A DNA stretch of 64,000 nt from an uncultured Saprospiraceae bacterium (GCA_937928575.1 CALFWW010000001.1:2281-66280), one strand, 5' to 3'. Counted from the stretch's first letter, positions 45,396 to 56,511 are shown. The notes: a model not told the origin generated them from the letters alone. A program made the numbers and translations.

Positions 45396-45734
45396 TTATA
45401 TTTCTTCTGCAATTGATTTTCCCTTCTGTTTTTTGCCGCTCGTCCATTGCCACTTTTCATGCAATCTGATTTTTCTACTATCCAAAACTTCAGGAGTGGA
45501 CTGACATTTACCAGTCATAATTTGGTGTTCTTTATTGACATGCTGATAAGTGAAATCCAGTGTGCCATCCCGATTTACAATTCCGGTGATGGTTCCGAAA
45601 AGTACCTGACCACCTTTATAAGTCGCCCACAACACATTCCCTTCTTGCCAATAATGAAAAAGTGTTTCTATAGAACTTTCACCGCTTTCGACATTGGACA
45701 CGACCCGAAATCGTCTGTTGTTGTAGTTGATCAT
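45396..45734 (-). CDS. Small conserved hypothetical protein
   Basis: 112 aa. Its start overlaps the recN stop by 4 nt (ATGA), suggesting translational coupling. Confidence 0.6.
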   Translation of the reverse strand: MINYNNRRFRVVSNVESGESSIETLFHYWQEGNVLWATYKGGQVLFGTITGIVNRDGTLDFTYQHVNKEHQIMTGKCQSTPEVLDSRKIRLHEKWQWTSGKKQKGKSIAEEI

Positions 45735-47386
45735 ATTTTCAACAATGCTTTTGCATTTTCAATAGCGGAGTCAGGAGGAGGACTACCACTCAACATCGTT
45801 GCGATGGCACGGATTCGTTCATCTTCATTCAATTCCTTTAGTTTGGTGTAAGTGCGGTCATCTTTTGTTACTTTATAAATGAAGTAATGTAAACTCGCTG
45901 TTACCGCAATTTGGGGTGAGTGTGTAATGACTACAATTTGATGATGCTTCGATAATTTTCTTAAAATGGCACCCATCTTAATAGCGACATCACCTGATAC
46001 TCCGATGTCAATTTCATCAAAAATTAAAGTCGGTAACGGAATCGCACTTGCTACCAATGATTTGGTACATAAAGTCAAACGAGATAATTCACCACCCGAA
46101 GCGACATCCTTAATTGGTAAAAATTTCGAACCTTTATTAGGAGAAAAGGTGATTTCCACATTATCTATCCCACTTGAAGACAATTCTTCCAATGGTGAAA
46201 CTTCCACTTGTACTTGTGCATGTTTCATGGATAATTGCTGTAACATTTTGTTGACGTTACCTGCAAATGTTGGTGCGACCTCTTTTCTTTTTTTCGATAA
46301 TTTAGCTGCCAACTTATTTAAAGTCGATTCTGACTTGATAATTTGTTTTTCCAAACTTTCGATCTCCGCACTCAAATCACCAATCGCATTGAGTTGTTCT
46401 GTGAGCTTGTTTTGAACTTCTAGCAACTCCCCATCGGTTTTGACATGATGTTTGTTTTGCAATTTATAGATGAAGTCCAAACGTTCTTGAATCTCCAATA
46501 GTCGTTGCGGATCATGTTCTGTATCTTCTCCAATACTATTGAACTCTTCAGCAATATCTTCCAATTCAATAATAATGCTGTCAAATCTTTCGGTCGATCC
46601 TTCCAGTTTTTTATATGCTTTTTTGACATCTGCCAATGAATGCGCAATGGATCGCAATTGTGGAATCAATGCATTTTCATCTTCGACCAACAAGTTGTAC
46701 GCGGCAGCTGTTTTGGATTTGATACCATCCGCATTCCGTAGTTGATTCAAACTACCTTCCATACTCGCTTGTTCTCCTGCCACTAATCCAAGTGTGTTGA
46801 ATTCTTCTAATTGAAAATGCAAGAAATCTGATTCTTTGGAAGAATTGGTGTTTCGTTCGATCAGTGAAACCAATTGTTTTTTATCGGCTTGATATTGTTT
46901 GTAAGTTTTTTGATACTTTGCCAATAAATCATCATTGTCAGCAATCGCATCAATCATTCTCAATTGAAAAGAGATGTTGTGAATATCCAAATTGTCAAAT
47001 TGCTGATGCAAGTCAATCAAACTACTACTTAATTTTTGTAGCACTTTAAGATTCACAGGGGTGTCATTGACAAAAGAACGGGATTTTCCAGAAGGAGTAA
47101 TTTCACGACGCACGACTACTTCATCGTCATAGTCCAGTTCGTACGCATCAAAGAAAGGTTGGATGTTGTATTTTTTTACTTGAAAAATTCCTTCAATGAT
47201 GCACTTATGTTCTGCATTGTAAAATACTTTGGTGTCCGCCCGATTTCCCATAATCAATCCAAGTGCTCCGAGCAAGATAGATTTTCCTGCTCCCGTTTCA
47301 CCGGTAATGACAGTAAGGTTATCTGAAAAGGAAATTTCCAGATCTTCAATGATGGCGTAGTTTTTAATGAGCAGGCGTTGTATCAT
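45731..47386 (-). CDS. recN: DNA repair protein RecN
   Basis: 551 aa with Walker A GETGAGKSI, a long coiled-coil middle, and a C-terminal ASGGELSR signature plus a Walker B region (LIFDEID). Confidence 0.95.
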   Translation of the reverse strand: MIQRLLIKNYAIIEDLEISFSDNLTVITGETGAGKSILLGALGLIMGNRADTKVFYNAEHKCIIEGIFQVKKYNIQPFFDAYELDYDDEVVVRREITPSGKSRSFVNDTPVNLKVLQKLSSSLIDLHQQFDNLDIHNISFQLRMIDAIADNDDLLAKYQKTYKQYQADKKQLVSLIERNTNSSKESDFLHFQLEEFNTLGLVAGEQASMEGSLNQLRNADGIKSKTAAAYNLLVEDENALIPQLRSIAHSLADVKKAYKKLEGSTERFDSIIIELEDIAEEFNSIGEDTEHDPQRLLEIQERLDFIYKLQNKHHVKTDGELLEVQNKLTEQLNAIGDLSAEIESLEKQIIKSESTLNKLAAKLSKKRKEVAPTFAGNVNKMLQQLSMKHAQVQVEVSPLEELSSSGIDNVEITFSPNKGSKFLPIKDVASGGELSRLTLCTKSLVASAIPLPTLIFDEIDIGVSGDVAIKMGAILRKLSKHHQIVVITHSPQIAVTASLHYFIYKVTKDDRTYTKLKELNEDERIRAIATMLSGSPPPDSAIENAKALLKI

Positions 47387-47464
47387 AGTAATTAGCTGGC
47401 CGTGATTCGGCGTTTTTCAGACTGCTAATTTACGAGTTACAAATTAATTAACTTGTGCTTTTTA

Positions 47465-49336
47465 CTAATTTCTCATTAATGAAATGATCAGATTTTTTTC
47501 AGTCATATAGGCAGTTTGTTGACCTTTTAGCGCAATCGCTTTATTTATGTCCACTAAAGCTGCTTCATAAGTACCCAATGCTCTTTTGGTAATTGCTCTT
47601 TCATACAACATTTCAGCGTTGTTGGGCCGCAATTTTAAGTAAGCATTATAATCTTGGAGGGCTTTGTCAAATTGTTGAGATTGGTTGAAAAGTAAGGATC
47701 GATTCATATATCCGTTTTCATAAGTAGGATCGATTTCAATCCCTTTATTAAAATCCGATAGTGCTTGTTTCAAATTGCCTTGTGATGCATATGCAGCCCC
47801 ACGATTGATCCATGCTTCAGTCAAAGTAGGATCTAATTGTGTTGCTTGATTGTAATCATTGATACACTCCTGCGTCTTGCCGATATCGAAATAAAGCTTT
47901 CCCCGACTATTGTACAACGTTGCTTTGGATGGATTAATTTGAATCGCTTTGTTATAATCTAACAATGCTTTATCGTATTTTTTGATGTCTCTGTAATAAA
48001 AAGCGCGATTGCTCCAAGGAGTAGTGGTTTTTTTTTCTGTTTTCAAAACATTGGACCAAAGGGTTTCCCCGTTTTTCCAAGTCTTATTTTGTTGCCAGGT
48101 CATTCCCATAAATAACAATAAATACGCACCGACTCCAATACTCATAAATGTTTGTAAATTTGGTTTCCATTTGAGTAGTTGATCAAAAGCATAGCCCACC
48201 ATAAAAAATAATCCAAAGTAAGCAATGTAGGTAAATCGATCCGCCAAATATCCTTGTCCTGCACTCAAAACTTGCAATAAAAACATGATATTGAAAATGA
48301 AAAATACCAATCCAAATACGACGTGTTTCATTTGTTTTTTATAAGCATAAAAGATACCTCCTAGGATTGCAAATACCCCAATTGGAGCAGCATAGAAAGC
48401 ACCGGATATCGCTTTCGGATATGGATACAAACAAGACATTTTATAAGGAAAAACGAATTTGGCCAAATAAATAATAAACGAATAAGCACCAACTAATAAG
48501 CGCTCAAAAAAAGTGTAATTCGTAATATCATCTAATGAACTATTTTCTGCCAAAAAGAAAATTCCCATCAATCCGAAAAGTAAAGAAAGGCCAAAGAAAG
48601 GCACTTTTTCCATCACCAATTTAAAACTGAATGGTCTTTTGAAATAATAATCTAATGCCAACATCGACAATGGTAAAGACACTGCTTGAATTTTGGAAAA
48701 CAAAGCAATTACAAATAGACCGATCGTATAGATGAAGTACTTTTTCGCTTTTCCTTTGCTTACGATATATTTGATGTAGGTATAAATTGCACTGAAATAA
48801 AACACACCCAATAAAACATCTTTTCGTTCTGTGACCCATGCCACAGATTCTACCCGCATGGGATGAATTCCAAATAACAATGCTCCTACAATGGCTGCAG
48901 GAGTGCTTATTTTCATCATCAATAAAATTCTAAAAACAAGTAGGGTGGTGATCAAATGTAGTATCAAATTATTAACATGAAATGGGGTAGCATCCAATCC
49001 AAAAAAGTGCTTCTCTATAGCGAAAGTAAAAATCGGAAGTGGGTTGTAATTACCGATAACGGTTCCGGTTGAAGGGTGGAAAATTCGCTTCACATTCTCC
49101 ATAGTAAATCCATCCAAATTTACATTCTCCATGATATTGACATCGTCATCCCAGTTGACAAAATCATTTTGCAACGACGGAATAAAAGCGATAAACGTGA
49201 CAACCAAGACAAAGGCCAATCCCATCAATTGCTGTTTATTTTTCCAAAAAGAAATCTTTTTTAAAACTTTCTTTTTAACTGTTCCCTTTTTCCGTTGCTT
49301 TTTCTTGACTTGAGGAGTAATTACTGACGTCGCCAT
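47465..49336 (-). CDS. Polytopic membrane protein with C-terminal TPR repeats (glycosyltransferase-39/DUF1736-like architecture)
   Basis: 623 aa with about 10 TM helices followed by about 5 TPR units (YYRDIKKYDKALLDYNKAIQINP and similar). Confidence 0.75.
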   Translation of the reverse strand: MATSVITPQVKKKQRKKGTVKKKVLKKISFWKNKQQLMGLAFVLVVTFIAFIPSLQNDFVNWDDDVNIMENVNLDGFTMENVKRIFHPSTGTVIGNYNPLPIFTFAIEKHFFGLDATPFHVNNLILHLITTLLVFRILLMMKISTPAAIVGALLFGIHPMRVESVAWVTERKDVLLGVFYFSAIYTYIKYIVSKGKAKKYFIYTIGLFVIALFSKIQAVSLPLSMLALDYYFKRPFSFKLVMEKVPFFGLSLLFGLMGIFFLAENSSLDDITNYTFFERLLVGAYSFIIYLAKFVFPYKMSCLYPYPKAISGAFYAAPIGVFAILGGIFYAYKKQMKHVVFGLVFFIFNIMFLLQVLSAGQGYLADRFTYIAYFGLFFMVGYAFDQLLKWKPNLQTFMSIGVGAYLLLFMGMTWQQNKTWKNGETLWSNVLKTEKKTTTPWSNRAFYYRDIKKYDKALLDYNKAIQINPSKATLYNSRGKLYFDIGKTQECINDYNQATQLDPTLTEAWINRGAAYASQGNLKQALSDFNKGIEIDPTYENGYMNRSLLFNQSQQFDKALQDYNAYLKLRPNNAEMLYERAITKRALGTYEAALVDINKAIALKGQQTAYMTEKNLIISLMRN

Positions 49337-49595
49337 GATGCATTAATCGATTGATTATTAGGAGGATGTATTATCATAATTATTAATGCAAAAACTGCTC
49401 CTAATTAGTGAGTTATAAAGATTTTGAAGATAATTTTGTGACACGTTTTTCATCGATCCCGACCCAAAATTTGATTAAACGTCCTTCAAAAAGCTACGGT
49501 TTATACAAATTGTATTCTAAAATGGCGGTTTTATATGGAAGAAAAATTTTCAAAGGTCAAGGCGAAAAACACAGGCATACCTTTTGGTACGGCGA

Positions 49596-49625
49596 GCCTG
49601 CCTGACTGCGCCAAGCAGACAGGGC
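49596..49625. repeat. REP-like GC-rich hairpin (CCTGTCTGC family, inverted orientation)
   Basis: The reverse complement of gcctgcctgactgcgccaagcagacagggc resembles 1590-1618. Confidence 0.65.
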
Positions 49626-49739
49626 TTTTTAACGTAGAGATTTGGAAATTTTACTCATCGATACCCGCTATTTTGGAGTTCAATTTGTATTACACACATC
49701 TGCTGTTTGTAAGATTTTGACTAGTCTTCCATGTCATTT

Positions 49740-49781
49740 AAAAAAAAGAAATCCCGAATTTCCAATGTGGAAATTCGGGAT
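49740..49781 (-). terminator. Rho-independent terminator of the giant adhesin gene
   Basis: atcccgaatttcc (49751-49763) pairs with ggaaattcgggat (49769-49781). On the minus strand the hairpin is followed by a T-run (A-run 49740-49750 on the plus strand). Confidence 0.8.
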
Positions 49782-49810
49782 GACTTATAACATTTACTCA
49801 ATATTTAATC

Positions 49811-52800
49811 TTACTCTTCTATGATAAAGCTCGTAGAAGCTTTTTCTTCTACAACATAAATATTGTAAATACCTGATCGAAGTCCTGAAATATCTAATTG
49901 GATTAAATTTTCAATATTCGGTTCTACTGCTACGTTCGTTTTTCTAACAATTCGTCCGATCATGTCAGTAATTTCAATCTGGACTTTTGATTGATTAGAA
50001 GCAAGAAGTACGTTGATCATGCTTTGAGTATTTCCAATCGGATTAGGATAAGCAGTTAGTTTGATTTCCTTATCACAATCAGCTCTTTGCGTGAGTACTG
50101 TTGAGTATTCAAAAGTACCATCGATGTTTATCAACTTCAATCGATAGTAAGTTTGCTCGGAGATTGTCAAATCTATGAATTGATACTGTTGAGTGGTAGT
50201 AGAATTTACTCGTCCTTCCACTGTACCAATTGTTTCAAAATCTACTCTGTTGATACTGCTCTGTATTTCGTAATGGCTAAAGTTTTCTTCACTTTCCGAA
50301 ATCCAATCCAACACAACTTCGCAATTTTCCTTCAAAGTGGAAGTAAATGAAGTTAATGCGGTAGGTAGGGCTATTAAGACTTTATAATCTTCAACTTCAC
50401 CATTGGTTCTTCCGCCTCCAAAATCTCCGATCGCGAAAGGATCATCATCTGCTCTTAGTCGAATATTGACACATTCTTCACCAGTTGTATTTGGAGTAGT
50501 AATATCGACAGAAGTAATTACCGGGCTAAATGTCGCCTGAGATCCTGAGTAGAAATCATCGTAAACACCATCATCATTCCAATCAATCCACAATCCATAG
50601 AATACTAAATCTGCAGACGTTGAATTAACGGTGATGTCTACACTGTAAGTGGTGTTTGGTGTTCCATTAATTGGGAATTCTCCAGCACCATTTCCAATAA
50701 CAAGTGCATCGTCACTCAAGTCACCAATGGCTCCTGGATCGAATAATTGGGTGGATTCGAATGAAGTACTTGTCCCCAACCAAACATTCGTTGTTCCATC
50801 TAACGTACCATTGTTGTCCGTGTCCGTAAGTGCTCTGTGATAAGCAACAGGATATGCTAATGGTGCATCTCCATAATCTCTTTTGACATCTAAGATCGTA
50901 ATCATTAAAGTCGCTTCATCACATGCTTGAGGCGTCCCATCATCGCATTTCGTATAAGGCACATTCACGTTTCCTACGAATCCTGGCGCCGGTGCAAACT
51001 CATAAGTACCATCTGGATTCATAGTCATTGTTCCGGCATTTGCTACGAAGACCCCCATGTCATTGAAACCTCCAACGGTAGTAGGGGTACCCGGTGTAGC
51101 TGGTGAATCACCTGCTCCATCTCCATCTGTGTCTACTAAAAATTCAGTGACCATTTCAGTATTCATTTCACCGTCATTATCATTTGCCAATACATCACCT
51201 GGAATCATGACACCAACGTCTGTTATACTGGCGTCGTCATTTGCGAATGTATTGTTGTCCGTTGCTTTCACGACATCAATTACTAATTGTGTGTCGTCAC
51301 AGATTGCTGGTAAGCCTGCATCGCAAATCGTATATGGTTGTGTCACCATACCTGTAAATCCTGGTGTTGGAATGAATTCATAAGTTCCATCAGGATTTAA
51401 TGTCAATGTACCAGCGTTTGAAACTGGGTTGCCATTTTCATCAACACCTGATACGGTCATAGCCGTTAATGGTGTGGTCACAGATGGGCTGATTGCATCT
51501 GGATCTAAATCATTTGACAATACATTTCCGGTTCCTGTTTCTCCTTCCGATACGGTGTTGGCATCTGGATTCGCGATAACCATTGGTTGCTCAGGATCAG
51601 TTGCTGGGAATACTTCAATGTATAATGTTGTCGTTTCGCATAAAGCTGGTACACCATCATCACAAACTTCATAATTAAATTCAGTTTCTCCAACAAATCC
51701 TGGTGCTGGTGTAAATACATAAGTTCCATCTGGATTCAATACGACTGTTCCTTCAGATGCTGGCATGCCACCATCCGCACCAACGGGTGTAAAAGTCAAA
51801 TTATTACCTTCCGCATCTGGGTCGTTTGTTGCGACACTACTTGTTACAGGAGTATCAAGTGGCGTGTTATTAAAATCTTCTTCAGCAGTAATCGTATTGA
51901 CTGATAAGGTAGTCAAATATAAAGTAGCTTCTTCACAAGCTGGTGGTGTTTGATCATCGCAAACTTCGTAAACTACAACCTCTGTTCCTACAAAACCAGG
52001 AGCAGCCATATAATCATAACTTCCATCTGGATTGATGGTCAAAGTACCACCACTTGGTAAAGTTGCTGATGTTGACGGGGTAATCGGGTTTCCTGCAGCA
52101 TCTGTTGCTCCCGTAACCATTTGCGGATCGCCCTCTGGATCATTATCGTTAGCTAGTACATTCCCTGCCTGCGGTTCATCTGCTGGTCCGCTGTTTGCAT
52201 CATCATTTCCGTAAGTCGCATTGCCATTATCTGGTTCAATCGTGATGGTCAAAGTTGCATCATCAGAAAGTCCATTAGGATCTTCAATTGTATAATCTAT
52301 TGCTACTTCTCCTTTAAACGTTGGTTCAGGATCAAAGTCATAAGTTCCATCTGCCTGCATCTTCATGGTTCCTGCAATGACTATGTTGCCTTCGCAATCT
52401 GTTCCGTAAATCGGTACCGTAAGCCCTAAAGGCAAAGGTTCATCAACAATTCCATCGCCATCTGTATCTGCCAGAACAGAAGTTACCATTATTGGATCTC
52501 CATCAGGATCAGTATCATTTGGATCCATTACAGTACCCATAACAGCTACATCTATTTCTGTCGTGTTCGTATCATCATTTGCTACTGGAGGATCGTTTTG
52601 TGTTGGGTTGTTTGCTGGAATCACATCGATATCCAAAGTTGCAGTATCTGTATGACCATTTGAATCTACTACGACGTAATCTACTGGTACATTTCCAGTA
52701 TAGCCCGATTCAGGATCAAAAGTATAAGTACCATCAGGCATCATTGCAATCGTGCCTGCTAACATTCCATTTACATCATAGATTGGTGTTGGTGTTCCAT

Positions 52801-55552
52801 CTAAAGGAATTGTAACTGGGTTACCCATAGCATCCAAACCTGTTGCACTTTGTACAGTTTGAGTATCACCTTGGTCGTCAGTATCATTGGTTAGGATGTT
52901 CCCATCAACAGGGGTATCCATTGGCGTTTGATTAATATCATTTTCTGCTGTTGTGGTACATTCATCTGCAATGATGGTTTCCAAACATGCCATCGCAACA
53001 TAATTTTCATTGCTGTCAAAAATATTTCCGTCTGCATCTTGAAATCCCATAACTGGGGTATCAAATTGAATTGTAGGAGGTACATTGTCATCTGCAGAAG
53101 TTGCTGGAAACATTAACACATCTGTTGCAGCTGAAATCGCTCCAAAGCCTCCTCCAAAATCGATCTCCGGCGTGGTGTTAAATCCTATTGCAATATCTGT
53201 TGTATATAATCTTACTCTTAAAAATTGTCCTGCACATCCTGTTGTTACCTGTCCACATGGAATGGTATAGTATGATTCTTCAACACCTTCATCACCTTGA
53301 CTGGCACCATCCAATAACTCTGCTGTTGCGCACATATTTGTCATATCAGTTCCAACTAAAAATAATGAAGCATCAGCGGCTGCGCCTCCTAGTTTGAATC
53401 CTATTTCTGTAACATATTCCGGTACAACTATCCAAAAATCTGATTGGATCAACTCCATATCAGGATTACTTCCAGTAGCGCAAGCTGTATTAGGATTTAA
53501 TTCAATTGCCATATTACTTACTTTCGCTCCGCTGGCAGGTAAGTCGGATACGATTCCTTCAAGCGGAGTTCCTATTGCGGAAGGTGCCATTGGGTAACCA
53601 TAGGCATCTGTATCACAGAATAACTGATTAATGAATCCCTGATTGGCTGCGGTAACAGTAGGCAATGGGTTTACGGTAGCTATACAATCCGTCCAATATT
53701 GTAAGTAAACGGAGTCTGAAGAAATCGGTACTTGATAAGTAATCGATTCTGCTGGACAGGTATAGCTTGGATTGAAAGGCACTAATGGCGCACTTGGACC
53801 TGCCATGGAGATTGGACATCCGTCTTGACCACATCCAAACATAAAGCCACGGTTGGCAGCAGCTTCAGTATTGTCAACCAACAAACAATTTGGTGTTGCT
53901 GTAAATGGCGCTGTAGTTCCATCCATTGGGGTGCCGGCAGTACCAATATTTCCAACAGAAACTGCGCAAGACCCGGAACCGTAAGTTATCACGACACCAT
54001 CGTCACAAGGTTCTAATGGGTCAGTTGGTTCATAACCCGCATCTGGGATTAATAAACCTGACGCAGGATCTATCGTTCCTCCATTTGGTCCAAAACACTC
54101 TGTTATATTATCGAATCCACCACCATCACAATCTTCAGTTGCTAAAGGGCTTGATGGATCCTCAGCAAGGATTGCACAAAGGTCCATCCCACCAGCGATA
54201 ACCAGATTACAATCCAATGGTGGATCATCATTTGAAGCTAATGGATCTGTCCCGCCTGAGCATTCTAAATCATTTGGAATGCCACCAAGATCACAATCTA
54301 AATCACCTAAAGCAGCATTGCTTGCAATATCGGCACACAAATCTAAAGTAGAATCAAGTATATAATCACAGCAAGCATCACTGTTTGGGATGATGGTAAC
54401 ATCACATGCAAGGGACACTAAATTTCCAGCCATATCAAATACGTCTCCTCCCAATGAAAACCCAGTTTCCAATGGTCCTAAAGTTACGGATGGTGGAACA
54501 TTATCGTTGGCTGACGCAGCTGGAATGATGGCGATACCTGTTGCTGAAGCTATCGGTTCGAATCCAAAACCAACATCAATCATTGGAGCTACATTAAATG
54601 ATTGAGCCATATCTGTTACATAAATTCTTACTCGTATAGTTTTTAAACTACATTCAGGATTTGCAATTGTATTTCCAGTTCCTACTGGATAATAACCTTC
54701 AGCAACTCCTATTAGGTCATCGCAAGCTCCTGTTAAACAAAAAGCTTCTGCTACCGTGCACATACTCGTTAAATCTGAACCTACCATAAAACGGGCAGCA
54801 TCGGCCGCTCCTCCTCCAATTTGAAAACCAATATCAGTTACATAATCAGGAAGTGCCAACCAAAAATCAGCTTGGATCAGCTCCATTTCTCCTGCAATAT
54901 TTGTCTCTCCACTTGCTGCTAATAAAGCATTAAGTGGAGTTGCACTGCCAGGTAATGCAGCGATCCCAGTCAAAGGTGTTCCATTTCCTCCATTTCCAGG
55001 AATTGGTAATCCATAGGTAGCGTCTTCTTCACAGAAAAGCTGATTTATGAATCCTTGGCGGCTTGCACTTAGTGTCGGAAAATCTGCGAATCCAGCACTT
55101 GCTCCTATTGTAGAAAGTCCATTATTCCAATAAGAAACAAAGGTTTCATTTACTGCAGGAACTATTCTATAAGTTGCCAAATCGGCTGGGCATGAAAAAG
55201 TAGGTATGACGGGAGGTGTAATATCAGTTGCAGCGACAACACCGCAAGATGGGGCATTATCACAACCTGAAAGAAAGCCCTTATTGGTTAAGGCATCAGC
55301 ATTTGTCATGGGCAAACAGATTGCATTATTGAAGTTTCCTGTTCCTTCAGAATATGCAGGATCACATGCCCCATTTTGTCCATGAGCTTGAAATGTTATT
55401 GCTAGGAAAAAGAACGCGAATAAAGCAGTCTGCAATGAGCATTTTTTTAACCTCAATGAGGTGGTATTACTCAATGCTTGTTTCGATTTTGGAATCACCG
55501 AGAATCGTTGATCAAAATCTGCATTTGTCATTTGTGGATTAATTTTTAACAT
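49811..55552 (-). CDS. Giant secreted adhesin-like protein with cadherin/Ig-like tandem repeats, a GEVED-type motif and a T9SS C-terminal sorting domain
   Basis: 1913 aa with a signal-like N-terminus. It carries two copies of an N-terminal module of roughly 450-490 aa. There are at least 6 repeats of the type (A/G)NDD..T....V.GNVL.ND.DPEGD...Y.VCDD..P..C..ATL. NGEVEDYKV is present. The C-terminus is LTAYPNPIGN...GIYNIYVV...FIIEE. Confidence 0.85.
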   Translation of the reverse strand: MLKINPQMTNADFDQRFSVIPKSKQALSNTTSLRLKKCSLQTALFAFFFLAITFQAHGQNGACDPAYSEGTGNFNNAICLPMTNADALTNKGFLSGCDNAPSCGVVAATDITPPVIPTFSCPADLATYRIVPAVNETFVSYWNNGLSTIGASAGFADFPTLSASRQGFINQLFCEEDATYGLPIPGNGGNGTPLTGIAALPGSATPLNALLAASGETNIAGEMELIQADFWLALPDYVTDIGFQIGGGAADAARFMVGSDLTSMCTVAEAFCLTGACDDLIGVAEGYYPVGTGNTIANPECSLKTIRVRIYVTDMAQSFNVAPMIDVGFGFEPIASATGIAIIPAASANDNVPPSVTLGPLETGFSLGGDVFDMAGNLVSLACDVTIIPNSDACCDYILDSTLDLCADIASNAALGDLDCDLGGIPNDLECSGGTDPLASNDDPPLDCNLVIAGGMDLCAILAEDPSSPLATEDCDGGGFDNITECFGPNGGTIDPASGLLIPDAGYEPTDPLEPCDDGVVITYGSGSCAVSVGNIGTAGTPMDGTTAPFTATPNCLLVDNTEAAANRGFMFGCGQDGCPISMAGPSAPLVPFNPSYTCPAESITYQVPISSDSVYLQYWTDCIATVNPLPTVTAANQGFINQLFCDTDAYGYPMAPSAIGTPLEGIVSDLPASGAKVSNMAIELNPNTACATGSNPDMELIQSDFWIVVPEYVTEIGFKLGGAAADASLFLVGTDMTNMCATAELLDGASQGDEGVEESYYTIPCGQVTTGCAGQFLRVRLYTTDIAIGFNTTPEIDFGGGFGAISAATDVLMFPATSADDNVPPTIQFDTPVMGFQDADGNIFDSNENYVAMACLETIIADECTTTAENDINQTPMDTPVDGNILTNDTDDQGDTQTVQSATGLDAMGNPVTIPLDGTPTPIYDVNGMLAGTIAMMPDGTYTFDPESGYTGNVPVDYVVVDSNGHTDTATLDIDVIPANNPTQNDPPVANDDTNTTEIDVAVMGTVMDPNDTDPDGDPIMVTSVLADTDGDGIVDEPLPLGLTVPIYGTDCEGNIVIAGTMKMQADGTYDFDPEPTFKGEVAIDYTIEDPNGLSDDATLTITIEPDNGNATYGNDDANSGPADEPQAGNVLANDNDPEGDPQMVTGATDAAGNPITPSTSATLPSGGTLTINPDGSYDYMAAPGFVGTEVVVYEVCDDQTPPACEEATLYLTTLSVNTITAEEDFNNTPLDTPVTSSVATNDPDAEGNNLTFTPVGADGGMPASEGTVVLNPDGTYVFTPAPGFVGETEFNYEVCDDGVPALCETTTLYIEVFPATDPEQPMVIANPDANTVSEGETGTGNVLSNDLDPDAISPSVTTPLTAMTVSGVDENGNPVSNAGTLTLNPDGTYEFIPTPGFTGMVTQPYTICDAGLPAICDDTQLVIDVVKATDNNTFANDDASITDVGVMIPGDVLANDNDGEMNTEMVTEFLVDTDGDGAGDSPATPGTPTTVGGFNDMGVFVANAGTMTMNPDGTYEFAPAPGFVGNVNVPYTKCDDGTPQACDEATLMITILDVKRDYGDAPLAYPVAYHRALTDTDNNGTLDGTTNVWLGTSTSFESTQLFDPGAIGDLSDDALVIGNGAGEFPINGTPNTTYSVDITVNSTSADLVFYGLWIDWNDDGVYDDFYSGSQATFSPVITSVDITTPNTTGEECVNIRLRADDDPFAIGDFGGGRTNGEVEDYKVLIALPTALTSFTSTLKENCEVVLDWISESEENFSHYEIQSSINRVDFETIGTVEGRVNSTTTQQYQFIDLTISEQTYYRLKLINIDGTFEYSTVLTQRADCDKEIKLTAYPNPIGNTQSMINVLLASNQSKVQIEITDMIGRIVRKTNVAVEPNIENLIQLDISGLRSGIYNIYVVEEKASTSFIIEE

Positions 55553-55838
55553 AAGTATTTGATTTGCGAGTTCTATATATTATTTGTTTGAAGTGAGTTA
55601 TAATGAAAAAGCCAGATTATAGCTTGGGTGAAAACTTACTTGTAATCAATCTCTAAAAGAGTTTTAAAGAAAGGCGTTATTCTAGCAATGAGGTTGAAAA
55701 TTCAACCTTTGAAAACGTATCAAATATCAATCCAATTTTTAATATGTATCTAGCAGATAGGTAGGATTTTATATATATAGACCTTGTTGGTAAAAATCTG
55801 CTTACGGAACACAGATAGGATGAGCGGCGAAAAAGAAA

Positions 55839-56510
55839 TCAAACAACCGATAAACAACAATTCACCAATCCAACCTCATCAGGCGATTCACTAACCAAAC
55901 ACGAAACACCCAATTCCTCTAAAGTAGATTGAGTCGTCTTGCCAATAGCAATAACGTGTTGATCTGGTTGTAATTGATATTTTGAAAAATAAGCTTGAGC
56001 ATTCATCGGACTCGTGAAAACCAGGATATCGAAATGAGGTAGATTAAAATCGCTGCGAATTTCATTTTGGTAAACAATCAATTCACGAGCATCAATTTCC
56101 CCTTCTAGTATTTTTTGAACGGATTGGCGAGAATTTTTTGCGCGGACAAAACAGACTGTTTTATTATCTATACAATCTAAGAAAGCTTTCGCAGTTATGG
56201 TGGGTTCTCCGGTTCCGATGAAATAAGGAATTGCGTCATATTTTTTGATAGCAGCAGCAGTGACCCGACCGAAAGCAGCACACTTAAATGGAAATGGAGT
56301 AAGAAGTCCATTTATAAAATACTGCTCAAAGAAAAATTGAACTCCTTTTTGACTATAAAAAAAGAGCCAGTCTGCTCTTGGAACCGATTTGAAAGGGATT
56401 GGTGCAAATGATAATAATGTTTCACCATGCACTTCAAAATTGGCAGCATTTAGTTCTTTTAAAAAAATGCTGTCTTCTTGTAATTTTCTTGTTATAAATA
56501 CTTCCTTCAA
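55839..56510 (-). CDS. hemD: Uroporphyrinogen-III synthase
   Basis: 223 aa. Its size, the FTSPMNAQAYF motif and its position in the hemC cluster support HemD. This family is weakly conserved. Confidence 0.6.
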   Translation of the reverse strand: MKEVFITRKLQEDSIFLKELNAANFEVHGETLLSFAPIPFKSVPRADWLFFYSQKGVQFFFEQYFINGLLTPFPFKCAAFGRVTAAAIKKYDAIPYFIGTGEPTITAKAFLDCIDNKTVCFVRAKNSRQSVQKILEGEIDARELIVYQNEIRSDFNLPHFDILVFTSPMNAQAYFSKYQLQPDQHVIAIGKTTQSTLEELGVSCLVSESPDEVGLVNCCLSVV

Positions 56511-56511
56511 T

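Noticed and set aside
49408-49824. ORFs 49408-49605, 49535-49720 and 49642-49824 (+) between the TPR membrane protein gene and the adhesin gene.
   Set aside because: They overlap each other, contain the REP-like hairpin (49596-49625) and the adhesin terminator, and have no coding-like features.
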